64,000 nt of DNA from Octopus vulgaris (taxonomy: Eukaryota), in NCBI GenBank assembly GCA_951406725.2, contig OX597819.1, positions 38,936,001 through 39,000,000 on the forward strand. The letters are read 5' to 3'. This document shows positions 52,316 to 64,000 of this stretch, one piece after another. The translations under genes and the position numbers were made by a program. Below the pieces are notes generated by a model that saw nothing but the letters and a program-made list of their open reading frames with translations, had not been told where the DNA came from and made no database searches. The stretch's first letter is position 1, and each line of letters begins with the position of its first letter.

Positions 52316-53249
52316 GACAACAGTTTCCATCTGCCAAAAACTGCTCACAACATATTGGTAAGTCTGAGGTTATAGAAGATATTTGGTTAAATTCTCTATA
52401 TATCCTCTTCATCATTGTTTTTTACATCCACTTTTCCATGCTTGAATAGGTGAAAGGAAAGACAGAAGGAAAGAAGAATTGTCCCCACAGTACTGGATTG
52501 ATATTTTATGTATCAAAACTGAAAGGATGGAAATTAAACTTAACCAGAGTGGTATTTGAACTCAGAACACAGGGAGCTGAAAGAAATACTGCAAATCATT
52601 CTATGACACTCAGCAATTGGGCATTTCTTTAAAATCTGTTTTCCCACGCTTGTATAGCTGATATGGATGGTTATTTTGAAGCAGGATTTTACAATTGGAT
52701 GTAATGCTTCCCTGTTTTCAAATATGGCATTATTGATTCCAGAGGTTTTTGAAAAGAGAGCAACTGGTCATAATGTCACCGTGAGATGGCTCAAGTGATA
52801 CCAATGTCAAATATCAACATTTACACATATTCTGGAACACACACATGTACATGATGTGCTTCCAAATTTCACTAGAACAGCATTAGTTGACTTGCCCAAA
52901 GGACCAATTCCAAAATTATGTGGTCGAAAGGTGAAATTCTTAACCACACACTCATGACTTGCATCTTAAATCTGCATATAAAATATATTCTAATCTGGAT
53001 AACATTTGTATCAAATATATTCTGGATGACCACATTTTAAAATGATGATATAAATACACTAGAACAGAACTGAATGTTATTAGAGGACATACGAAAACTT
53101 GCTTTTCTTCTTTTGGTATGTGAGTTTGAGTGCAAGTAAGTAAATGGATGAATGAATGAATGAATGAAAGAAAGTGATAGTGAGTGAAAGAAAGAAAGAA
53201 ACATATATATGCATATATATGTATGTATTTATATATATATATATATATA

Positions 53250-53302
<53 letters not shown>

Positions 53303-53645
53303 CAAAAGGAAAATCCAATGAAGAAATATCATGAACCAATCCCTTGATGAAAAGAATATTCAGGCTAAATCTGGTAATGGAAGATGATTTCAAATAATAC
53401 ACACAGGCAACTCAAAAAGAGAGAGAGAGAGAGGGAGAGTGGGTGGAGACAGAGAAAGAAGGGGAGAAAGGAAAAGAGGGAGAGTGGGGAGAGAGGAAGT
53501 ATGGGGCATTTAAATCATTCATTTATAAACACAGGCATTTAAAGATGTCCGTACATACAATAGAATCATAGATGCATCTAAAACACAAATACATACAAAC
53601 ACCCACACATTTATTGATTCCCAATACACATATATATATATATGA

Positions 53646-53830
53646 GTCTAGGACATTCACCCTCCCATGGACAATAACTCCACCAAAGACAGTTACCCCT
53701 GAGGACAACAGATGACTATTTAAAATTTCTTAAGATATTGGAGAGAGGGTAATTAACCAAGAGGGGTGATTGTCCTAGGGGGTAATTGTTGTCAGGGGAA
53801 ATTGTCCTATGGGGGGGTAATTGTCCTGAT
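53646..53830. mobile_element. MITE with modular inverted arms (Foldback/MuDR-like)
   Basis: GGACA..(T/A)ACCCC subrepeats on the left, GGGGTAATTGTCC subrepeats on the right. Confidence 0.55.
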
Positions 53831-54008
53831 ATGATATATATATGTATAGGCATAGAAGTGACTGTGTGGTAAGTAGCTTGCTTACCAACCACATGGTTCC
53901 GGGCTCAGTCCCACTGTGTAGTACCTTAGGCAAGTGTCTTCTACTATAGCCTCGGGCCAACCAAAGCCTTGTGAGTGGATTTGGTAGATGGAAACTGAAA
54001 GAAGCCTG

Positions 54009-54054
<46 letters not shown>

Positions 54055-54273
54055 ATGTGTGTGCGTGTGTGTATATGCTTGTGTGTCTGTCCCCCCAACA
54101 TCGCTTGACAACTGATGCTGGTGTGTTTACATCCCCGTATCTTAGCAGTTCGACAAAAGAGTCCGATAGAATAAGTACTAGGCTTACAAAGAATAAGTCA
54201 TGGGGTCGATTTGCTCAACTAAAGGCGGTGCTCCAGCATGGCCACAGTCAAATGACTGAAACAAGTAAAAGAG

Positions 54274-54321
<48 letters not shown>

Positions 54322-54716
54322 CATATGTATATATAAGGATGAGATGAATGAGCATCATTCAAATTTGAATAAAATTAATACGTGTATGTGATGTTATTAT
54401 ATGTGTGTGTTTTAAAAATAATCTGCACAGACATGAAATCAAATAACAAGAATTGAAGAACAACAGAAAAACAATGCGTCAATTTAAAGAGCTACAACTT
54501 GAAAGAAAGAGTAGACAGAGATGTAAAGGTTAAGTGAATTTCTGAGGAATAAAACAGCTTGAGACAGAGTCACAGGCAGAAAATAAGTTATGACATAAAA
54601 TGATATAAACTGAGAAGAAAGGAGTAAAACAGATACATAGATATATATATATGTGTATATATACATGTATATAGAAATTGTCCTATGGGGAGGGGGCGGG
54701 GGTAATTGTCCTGATA

Positions 54717-54747
<31 letters not shown>

Positions 54748-55020
54748 CTGTCAGGGTGGCGCTGGCAACAGCCACGATCGGATGGTTCGCAGCCGTTGCC
54801 AGTGCCACCCCGACTGGCCTCCATGCCGGTGGCACGTAAAAAGCACCATCTGATCGTGGCCGTTGCCAGCCTCGCCTGGCCCTCGTGCCGGTGGCACGTA
54901 AAAAGCTTTATGGCATATCATCAGACCCCAAAAACCTGCTGGCCTATGACCTCTCAAGAGAGGTGTTAACATGTATCTCCTTATGACAATGTAAGCTTTC
55001 ATTTAATCAAGATATGCTTC

Positions 55021-55083
55021 GCCTGAAGAATACTCAGATATTTACCACTTCTGAGGTTCCACTCGCTATGAAACATATGTAGC
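55021..55083 (+). ncRNA. Hammerhead-like motif (minimal type I, weak helix I)
   Basis: GC-CTGAAGA-ATA-CTCAGA..TCTGAG..TAT-GAAAC-ATAT-GTA-GC. Confidence 0.5.
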
Positions 55084-56598
55084 CTGGATCTTATCTACTC
55101 CATTCTGTAACTCTTATATCATCATCATCATCGTCATTTATTGTATGTTGTCTATGCTGGCAAGGATTGGATAATTTAACCAAAGCTGCTAAACACACAC
55201 ACACATACGTATTTATGTATGTAATAGGCATGATAAAAGCAAGAGAAAGAATCTGGATAGAATAAAAAAAAAATGAATAAATAAAAAGTGCAAAAACAGG
55301 AGAAATTTGGTGAAGATGTAAAGAAAGAGAGCAAGGAAGAAGATTATGTATATACACACACGTGCATACAAATATATGTAAATACAGCCATGCACAAATA
55401 TCTGTGAATGAATATTTACTAAATGGCTACTGGACCAAATAGAAAAATGGACAGCAATGTGATAAAATGCAGAGAATTGGTTGGTATTCATTGAAGTAAG
55501 AGCATTTTTCGGACTTGCTAGCAGTTTCCAGCAACACAAAAACTAACAATTTCTAAAGCTTTTGTTCACAAATCTCTGGAAAAGCAAAGGTACCATTTTG
55601 CTTTGTAAAACAAATTTTCCCTGGAGACATCTATTTCATAACCCTTTAATTATATGTATTCACAGTGTTTTAGCCATCAATGTAAATGAAGAGACAAGCA
55701 CCACTAATACAAGTGGGATTCTTGTTATTACTCATGTTGTTGTAGATGATGATGATGATGACGATGATGGCAATGATGGTAACAATGATAATGATAACAA
55801 TGATGAGGAGTTCACTTTTACAATGATATTATTTGTTACTGATAACATCACTTTTGGGGAACTCACATTTGATACTCTTACTGTTGTTGTTCAACCCCAG
55901 GTAAACACAATTTGAGTGAATATATGATCAAATAGGTTCCAGCAATGGACACCCCATCTTTCTGCATGCATATCAAGCGCTACATTTTACATTATGCTAA
56001 GTAGTGTATCTATCTGTCTTCAATTAAGGCCCTGTGATGTTATTTGCAAGGCGAGGAAATCTGATTGCTATTTTGAGCAGATTGAACAACCATGCAGAGG
56101 GTCTCTTACAGTCAATGTTGTTATTGTTATTACTACTGTGACGTAGTTTCTCTCATCCATGTCTGCATGAGTTAGCCCATAGTACAAGGATAGCTAATAA
56201 TATGAAATAATTTTGTGTTTCCATCAGCAGTTCATTGGCCTTATTGAGGACACACATCATTCTAAAACTTGGAATTTAAGGTATGTGACCCATTATGTGT
56301 GTACAATCATACATAATGTTGCTGTGAAGAATGTTTTGGGTGCCAACCAAATTTATTGGAGATAAAACTGCTTTGCCAACACATTACAACAATAGGTTAT
56401 GTATACAACATGGCATCCTTTGACCTTCTACACATAACCTATAGCAATGTATATAATAGGTAAAACTCCTGAATGAGAGGATCATGTGACTCAGATGTTC
56501 TTTACTGCAAGAAAAGCATATTATTTATTTTCAGCCAAGCAACTGAATCTTTATATCTGGTGCAGAAAATATTCTAAGGATAATAATACACAATAGTA

Positions 56599-56833
56599 CA
56601 GGGTGTTCATAAATTATCTTTACAACTTCCACAATTGTATTGACTAAAGTTGATATCACTCAATCAGCTTCTTTGCAACCAATGGAGCCCATGTGGAAGC
56701 GTTCTGATGTTTCTAATAAAATTTTATTTATTTGCCTATGTTTTGCCAGTAAACACTGCTAGTTAACATTATTTTCCATTTTATTTTTTCTGAATTTTTT
56801 TTTTCAAATTGTAATGGTAATTTATGGATACTG
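56599..56833 (+). mobile_element. Tc1/mariner MITE
   Basis: TA|CAGGGTGTTCATAAATTATCTTTACAA ... TTGTAATGGTAATTTATGGATACTG|TA; internal NGAHVEAF* resembles a transposase C-terminus. Confidence 0.7.
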
Positions 56834-59134
56834 TATATTTGTTGATTATGTGCTGTTTAACACAATGTACCCTTCAAATCAAATATTCTGTTGCCGCCTG
56901 GACTGGCTTCCATGCCGGTGGCACGTAAAAGGCACCAACCGTTCGTGGCTGTTGCCAGCCTACCCTGGCACATTGCCGGTGGCACGTAAAAAGCACCATC
57001 CGTACGTGGCCGATGCCAGCACCGCCTTGACAGGCTTCTGTGCCAGTGGCACATAAAAAGCACCAACCGATCATGGCCGTTGCAGCCTCCCCTGGCACCA
57101 GTGCCAGTGGCAAGTAAAAAAAGCACCTGCTACACTAACGGAGTGGTTGGCGTTAGGAAGGGCATCCAGCAGTAGAAACACTGCCAGATCAGACTGGAGC
57201 CTGGTGCAGCCTCCTGGCTTCCCAGACCACGGTCGAACCATCCAACCCATGCAAGCATGGAAAACGGATGTTAAATGATTATGATGATGATGATGATAGT
57301 ATTAATATATTTACTACTACCTCTTTCAGCAATAACCAACTCTATACATGCTCAAGTGAAACACACAAAGAAGTACTATTCCTGCATAGAGGATGGTACT
57401 GCTGTTATGCATACAGATATCTTAGATTGCCTCCAAAGTAAAGAAGACCACATGACTGATTAACATGAAATCTCTCAATGCATCAGTGGTTTACAAACTG
57501 ATTAATACCAGCTGCACCCCACTACCCAAGCATTATGCAAATTTTTCTGTCCTATTTCCTTATTAACAAGAAGAAAAAATAATAGAGCATTCATCTGTAC
57601 AATTCTTCTTGCTATGGTGTTCAACAATCAACTTAATTTTATTAAACATATCAGTGTCTCTGCCTCTTTTCCCAATGTTCACTAGCAACCTCACCCCATG
57701 CAGTAATCAAATATTCTGTTGCCGCCTGGACTGGCTTCCATGCTTTAAACTTTTTTGCACCCCTAGTTCACACATTTCCTCCTTTATGAGATTTTGCTTT
57801 AAACTTTTTGCAGTAGGTAATTTTGTCAGAGAACAGGTCACGGTCTCAAAGCGATGAAAATATCTTGACAAATTAAATTTAAATGATGAAGTGAATCTAA
57901 TGGTTTTTGTGTTTTTCTTAAATGGCTTATAAACACCTTCCACGCTGCAATTGTTTTTCCTAATTATAATTCTGATATATACACACACACACACACATAC
58001 AAAGCAAATAAGTAACCAGGATGTCAAGGTATTAATGCAATACAGCCATTTAAGGTGGCTCCATTTAATCAAACAATGCAAGAATTACATTGATTTGAAA
58101 TACAGCCCCATATATCATCATTGTTTAATGTCCGTTCTCCATGCTAGCATGGGTTGGACAGTTCGACCGGGGATCTGGGAAGCCAGAAGGCTGCACCAGG
58201 CTCCAGTCTTATCTGGCAATGTTTCTACAGCTGGATGCCCTTCCTAACGCCAGAAATGTATGCACATATACGCAGCGCTATGCGTGTGGCAAGTTTTCTA
58301 TGGCCGGATGCCCTTCCTGACGCCAACTCCCACCTGTTGCCAAGCAAGGTAGTTTTTTCCCTCTCTCTCTTTCGGAGAGGCACTGAGCAGCTATATGCAC
58401 ACATACACACACGGCAGTAACTTCCACCTACCGAATTCAATCACAAAGCTCCGGTCGGCTCGGGGCTATAGTGGAAGACACCTACCCAAAGTGCCACGCA
58501 GTGGGACTGAACCCGAAACCATGTAGCTAGGAAGCAAGCTCCCTAACCACACAGCCATTGTCCTTGAACTAGTATTTACTTTAGGAAGAAAAATCTAGAA
58601 ATTCTATACATTATGTCATTAACGTGTAGGTCTCCAAATCATATTTGAAAAGTCTGATACTATCTATTTAGGTAATAATTGATTGATTCAGTTCAAAATG
58701 TCTTAGTAAGATTTAATAACTGAACTAGAAGGGAAGGCAGCTGCAAGACTAATATGATAGATTAACAGTAGTCTGAAGATCACAATATTAGACTGAAACT
58801 CGTAATAACCTCTGACAAACTAAATTGATTTATATGCATGCCCACATATCTGAATACAAATACACACATGCATAGGAATCTATATATTAGCAAGACATAG
58901 TTATCATTGTTTAAGTATCTACTTTTCCATGCTTGTATAGGTCAGACAGATTTTATTGATGCAAATTTTCTACAGATGGATACTCTTCCTGTCACCAATC
59001 CTCATTTGTTTTCAAGTAAGTTAATATTTTTCCATGGCTAGACACATATTCATTTACCAAAATCCTATAATGTCAAGACAAAGTGATACAAAAATACACA
59101 CACTCACATGCACACACACATATACATATATATA

Positions 59135-60025
59135 CATGGTCTGATCACTAAGTATCTGGACTGTTGCCATAGTAATGAAGCTAAAGCAAGCAAAGTGAAG
59201 CCACTTGGCACAGATTGACCTTGAACTCTGCTGTGCATGCACTCTAAGTTTTAACATTGTAGCTCAGTTCCACTGTTTACAGCAGTGCCTGGAAGCAAGG
59301 TGTATAGCATGTGAGTGTCGCATTGACCACGACAGAGAAAGTTGAACAGAGATTCTGCATCAAGTTTTGCCAAAAGCTTGGCAATACCTGCTCAGACGCT
59401 ACACAAATTTTCAAAAACTTTTCATCATTCTCAACACAATCAAGGAGATCTTGTGCAACTGAAACCCAAGTGTCTTTTTATTCAGCTGAAAGCAGTTTTG
59501 GCACAAACTTGGCAGACATGCATCTCATACCCAAATCTTCAGTGATAATGGACTGAACAGAACTGAATTGTAACTAATCTGCACATTCTCTGATAACTCA
59601 TAGATGGTTATTCAACGATTTCCCCTCACAGCTGCATGCTCATTTGTGATGTTTTTCTCAGTTCTGCTGGTTGCATATCTCCCAGAACATTCGTCAATAC
59701 TGACATTTTTTTGACATCTTGAAAACGTCTGAACCACCCATACACCTATGTACAGCTCATACACTCCTCTCCACACACTTTCTGCAACTTTGTGTAGGCC
59801 TCTGAGCAGGTATCGCCATGAGAACTTCCTGTCATGGTCAATGTGACGATCACACGCTACACACCTTCCTTTCAAGCACTGCTATAAACAGCAGAAGTGA
59901 GCTACAATGTTAAAACTTAGTGCACATGCACAGCAGAGTTCATGGTCAATCTTTGCCAAGTAGCTTCACTCTGCGAGCTTTAACTTCATTGCTATGGCAA
60001 CAGTCCAGATACTTATTGATTAGAC

Positions 60026-60029
<4 letters not shown>
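59135..60029. mobile_element. mariner derivative made of two inverted 5' ends
   Basis: TA-flanked TIRs; plus strand EKVEQRFCIKFCQKLG; minus strand YGWFRRFQD, SIDECSGR and EDLGMRCMSAKFVPKLLS (mariner HTH and linker); no DD34D domain. Confidence 0.9.
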
Positions 60030-60070
<41 letters not shown>

Positions 60071-60898
60071 GCACATACATATACACACATGATGAACTTC
60101 TTTCAGTTTGTCCACTCCAAATCCACTCAGAAGATTTTGGCTGACTTGAGACTATGGAAGAACAGAGGGATAGAACTTGAAATCATGTGATCAGGAAGTA
60201 AACTTCTCAACCATACACCCACACCTGTGCCTATAAATATCTGTATGTACCCAATTACAATTTACATGCATACAGTCCTACAAATATGCATATGTTTTAT
60301 CGATTCCTGGACCGGGCTGTGTGTTTATTTCACGTTGTTTCAGTTCACACAGCTGTAGAAATAAGTTGCAATGTCACAGGTGCCAAGTTGTATCAGCCTT
60401 TCCCTTTCCCTTGGATAACATCGATGGCGTGGAGTGAAGAGGAAAGGTGAAGCTAGTATGCATGGGCAACTGCTGGTCTTCCATAAACAATCTTATTTCA
60501 TTATTGCCCACAAGAGACTAAACATAGAGAGGACAAACAAGGACAGACAAAGGGATTAAGTCGATTACATCAACCCCAGTGCATAACTGTTACTTAATTT
60601 ATCGACCCCGAAAGGATGAAAGACAAATTCCACCTCTGCAGAATTTGAACGTCATGGCAGACGAAATACTGCTCAGGATTTCGCCCGGTTTCTACCAGCT
60701 CACCGCCTCCCATAAACAGCCTTGACCAGACTTGTGCCTTGGAGGGTAACTTTCTAGGTGCAATATCATGGCCATTCATGACCAAAGGTGGAGGTCTTTA
60801 AATCATGTCTAAACTATACAACTCAATACATATATAAAATAACTCCTTACAGTTAGAATTAGGTGCTCTCTTTTTGCAAAGGCAAGAAGTGAATATAG

Positions 60899-61088
60899 GG
60901 AGAGTTTACGAAAAAAAACAAAAGACGAAGACAGGTGGTGTACAAAACAAACAGAAGTATTAGTATAACACTCAGGAATAGAAAAAGTCTTTTATGTTTC
61001 GAGCCTACGCTCTTCTACAGAAAGGGACACAGAAAAAACAAGGAGAGAAAAAAATGCGTGTAATGGCTAACGATCTATCATGGCGACT
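60899..61088 (-). mobile_element. Penelope-like terminal repeat insertion with a 14-bp TSD
   Basis: AGAAGTGAATATAG at 60885-60898 and 61089-61102; hammerhead-like CTTT-CTGTAGA-A-GAGC-GTAG-GCTC-GAAACATA-AAAG at 61024-60989. Confidence 0.75.
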
Positions 61089-62926
61089 AGAAGTGAATAT
61101 AGCCAATTGAATCAACTGGTGCATATGATATGAACCTACAAAAAGGGATGAAAAGTAAAATAGGCTTTAAGAGAGGATAAACTAAGAACTATACAACAAC
61201 AAGCTGTAGAGTATCTAGTTTTCTTCTTCAATTCATCTGAAACCTTGTTTTTCCCTTTTATCATTTACTTGTTTCAGTTGTAGGATTGCAGCCATACTGG
61301 GGCACAACCTTGAAGTGTATAATTGAATAAACTGGCCCCATTACTTACTTTCTAAAACCTGGTACTTATTCTTTCAGTGTTTTTTACCAATCAAACCAAC
61401 ACCAGTTGTCAAGCAATGAGGTGGGGAACAAACAGATAGGCAGACACATACACACACACAAAAACATGCATGCACACACACACACAAGTATATGCGACAG
61501 GCTTCTTTCAGTTTCTGTCTACCAAATCCATTCACAATGCTTTGGTTGGCCGAAAACTGTACTAGAAGATGCTTGACCAAGGGGTCATGCAGTAGGACTG
61601 AACCCGGAACCATGGGGTTGAAAAGCAAGCTTCTTACCATACAGCCACACCTGCACACATACACACACACACAAACATGCACGCATGCACACACACACAC
61701 ACTAGTATATGCAATGGGCTTCTTTCAGTTTCTATCTACCAAATCCACTCACAATGATTTGGTTGGCCCAGGACTGTACTAGAAGATACTTGACCAAGGG
61801 GTCATGCAGTAGGACTGAACCTGGAACCATGGAGTTGAAAAGCAAGCTTCTTCCCACACAGCCACACCTGCACACATACATACACACATACACACACACA
61901 TATGAACCCTTAACATAATTCTCAATGAAAATCTGCATGACACATGTGACAAGGCTGGCTGCTTAAATTACAGCTACAATACACCCAATGAGCTTCTGAA
62001 CAGCTCACATTTACTCATTTTCACTAAGAATATTTGGCTCAATTCAAGGCTTTGGCAAAAGGCACTTGCCCAAGATATTATGCTGCTGGATCAAATATGA
62101 ACCCTCATGACAGTTAAAACAAACTTCTTAAACATTCAGTCATTCCTGCATCCATATAAAATAGGTAGTTGCTTAGGTTGTTTGGATCCAGGTCAACTCT
62201 GAATCAACAAACATGTGATCAAAGTATTCAAGTCATAAGTATCTAATTAGCCCTTCGTTTTTAAAATGATAAAGTGAGGTTTGGGTGTGGAATTTGGTTT
62301 CTAATAGATGAAATGACTACGTGGACATTGGTAGTATTAAACTGCAATTTTTCTTCTTTTTTTCCTCCTTTTTAAACTAATTAAATGATACTCAAACTGG
62401 AAAACAAAACATATCTCCAACATTCAAATGAAAATACTATTTGAAAATATTTTTGAAATATTTATGCAATGAAAGTATTGTTTATTCTTGTTGATATATC
62501 ACAAAATAATAATACTAATGATGATGATGATGATAAATAACAATAATAATAATCTGACATTGACAGCAATTAATTAAATTTTCTTGTTAATACCACTACA
62601 AGTAATTGTTTTAATTAGCACAATTCTTTCAATATTTATATGTATTTGATCAGATTGTACTTATATATTATTTATGTGTGCATAAATTATTGCAAATATT
62701 TTTGATGTAAACAACATTGAGTGCTATACATTTGTAAATAAATCTTCAAGAGCCAAAGAATAAGAATGAATTCTGCAAAATGAACAATGAACAAACCAAT
62801 ACAGATACCGGTCATATACACCTATGCAAAAAAAATATACACACAGTCATTTATGAATACATACATGCATATACATAGATATATATGCATGTGTGTGCGT
62901 GTATATATATAATATATGTATATAAA

Positions 62927-63540
62927 TTAGAGAAGAACCACCATGTAGCAATTCAGCAATGATATAATTAAATCATACCATATAGAAAAAAATTGAATAT
63001 ATGATAAAGCATTTACTTAGAACTAAATAAAGTACAAAATAATAAATAAATAGTATATAATTAGTAAATAGACTACACGTGTTTCGTGGCTATATTTTCA
63101 AAACTGAATACAGTAAAATCAATTCAATTTAAATATAGTCACTCATCAGGTCCAAGATAAAAACAATAAAATAATTAAATAAATATACATATATTCTTAT
63201 AAGAAAATATAAATATATATAAAAATACGTAATTTTTCAATAAAAAAAATTGAACAAAATTCAATAATATATCTTAAAATAATAACACAAAATATCTTAA
63301 CAAATATATTCTGTTAACTAAATCTTTAAACTTAATACATAGGACTTATTGTTTATAATAAATTTATCTCGTTAAAAACATGGTATAAATAGAACTAGAA
63401 TAAACAGATATAAATATTTATTTTATCTATGAAAATATATTTTAGCTTATAGAAGAAAAAAATAACAAACTATAGCATATCATTACTGGAAAATTCAAAT
63501 ACAAGTAATTAAAACAAAATATTTAAAATATTTAAAACAA
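62927..63540 (-). mobile_element. Penelope-like terminal repeat with a very AT-rich flank
   Basis: Carries an intact hammerhead core and sits between TA repeats; boundaries approximate. Confidence 0.6.
63069..63154 (-). ncRNA. Minimal type-I hammerhead ribozyme (Penelope-type)
   Basis: TGGAC-CTGATGA-GTGACTATATTT...AAATATAGCCAC-GAAA-C-ACGT-G-TA-GTCTA: full core, 5-bp helix I, helix II paired at 11 of 12 positions, palindromic helix III loop. Confidence 0.82.
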
Positions 63541-63764
63541 TATATATATACTAGTACTTTATTTTATTGACCATGGAGCGATGAAAGGCAAAATTGACCT
63601 TGGCGGGATTTGAACTCGGAACGTGAAGAGCCGGAAATACTGCAATTATTTCCTCCGACGTTCTAACGATTCTGCTACCCATGCTAACTAATAATAACGA
63701 TTTCTCACATTCGCACAAGAGTGCAAAAGCTATACAGTATCGCTGATTAAAATTTTATATAACA

Positions 63765-64000
63765 CTAGCAGTATCGCCCGGTGTTGCTCGGTTTTGTAAG
63801 GGAAATAACTATATAAGCATTTTTAGAGAGTTACTTCCCTTATAGATGCCAATTCGGGCTTTCTTAGCCATTTCTGTTTTGGTGTCTTCAAGCCATGAAG
63901 TCGTTGTTCTAAAAGAACGCTGATCTCCTTGACAACACTTTACGACGTTGATTTCCTTACACTCCCTTCCCCACAGCTTCACGAGGGAGGGAAGAAGGGG
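63765..64000 (-). mobile_element. Helitron 3' terminus (continues off the window)
   Basis: Minus strand ends CCGAGCAACACCGG-GCGATACTG-CTAG|T: subterminal hairpin plus CTRR end followed by T. Confidence 0.75.

Noticed and set aside
55562-55915. 117-aa acidic ORF
   Set aside because: Non-ATG start, driven by a GAT/AAT trinucleotide run, no domain or splice support.
56890-57130. CRISPR-like repeat/spacer appearance of the GGTGGCACGTAAAAAGCACC units
   Set aside because: The spacers are homologous to each other, the array is internal to a dispersed eukaryotic retroposon, and there are no cas genes.
58770-58810. CTGAAGA...GAAAC hammerhead-like string (also ~17200, ~32277, ~35677)
   Set aside because: Helices I/II do not pair or the core is broken, so chance cannot be excluded.

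Overview
An AT-rich, repeat-saturated eukaryotic window. The SINE families, long (TA)n/(ATAC)n/(CAT)n/(TAA)n microsatellites and LINE relics look like octopus (coleoid cephalopod) DNA; this is an inference from recognising the repeat families. No intact host gene can be supported, and almost all listed ORFs are microsatellite or SINE translations. Real protein signal is confined to decayed transposons. These are a ~3.3 kb R4/Dong-clade retrotransposon with a restriction-like endonuclease, flanked by (TAA)n (45394-48704, minus), five further R4-type fragments, a Helitron PIF1 helicase relic that only reads through once two nested MITEs are removed (14030-15830, minus), RTE and CR1 fragments, and a mariner derivative made of two inverted 5' ends. 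The most notable non-coding signal is a set of minimal type-I hammerhead ribozyme motifs in Penelope-like terminal repeats, one with an intact core (63069-63154, minus). Other signals are long foldback palindromes, a head-truncated SINE concatemer, recurrent SINE-into-SINE insertion at one site, and two locally templated insertions. I found no evidence for a new multi-gene system. Coordinates were read by eye and repeat boundaries are approximate.
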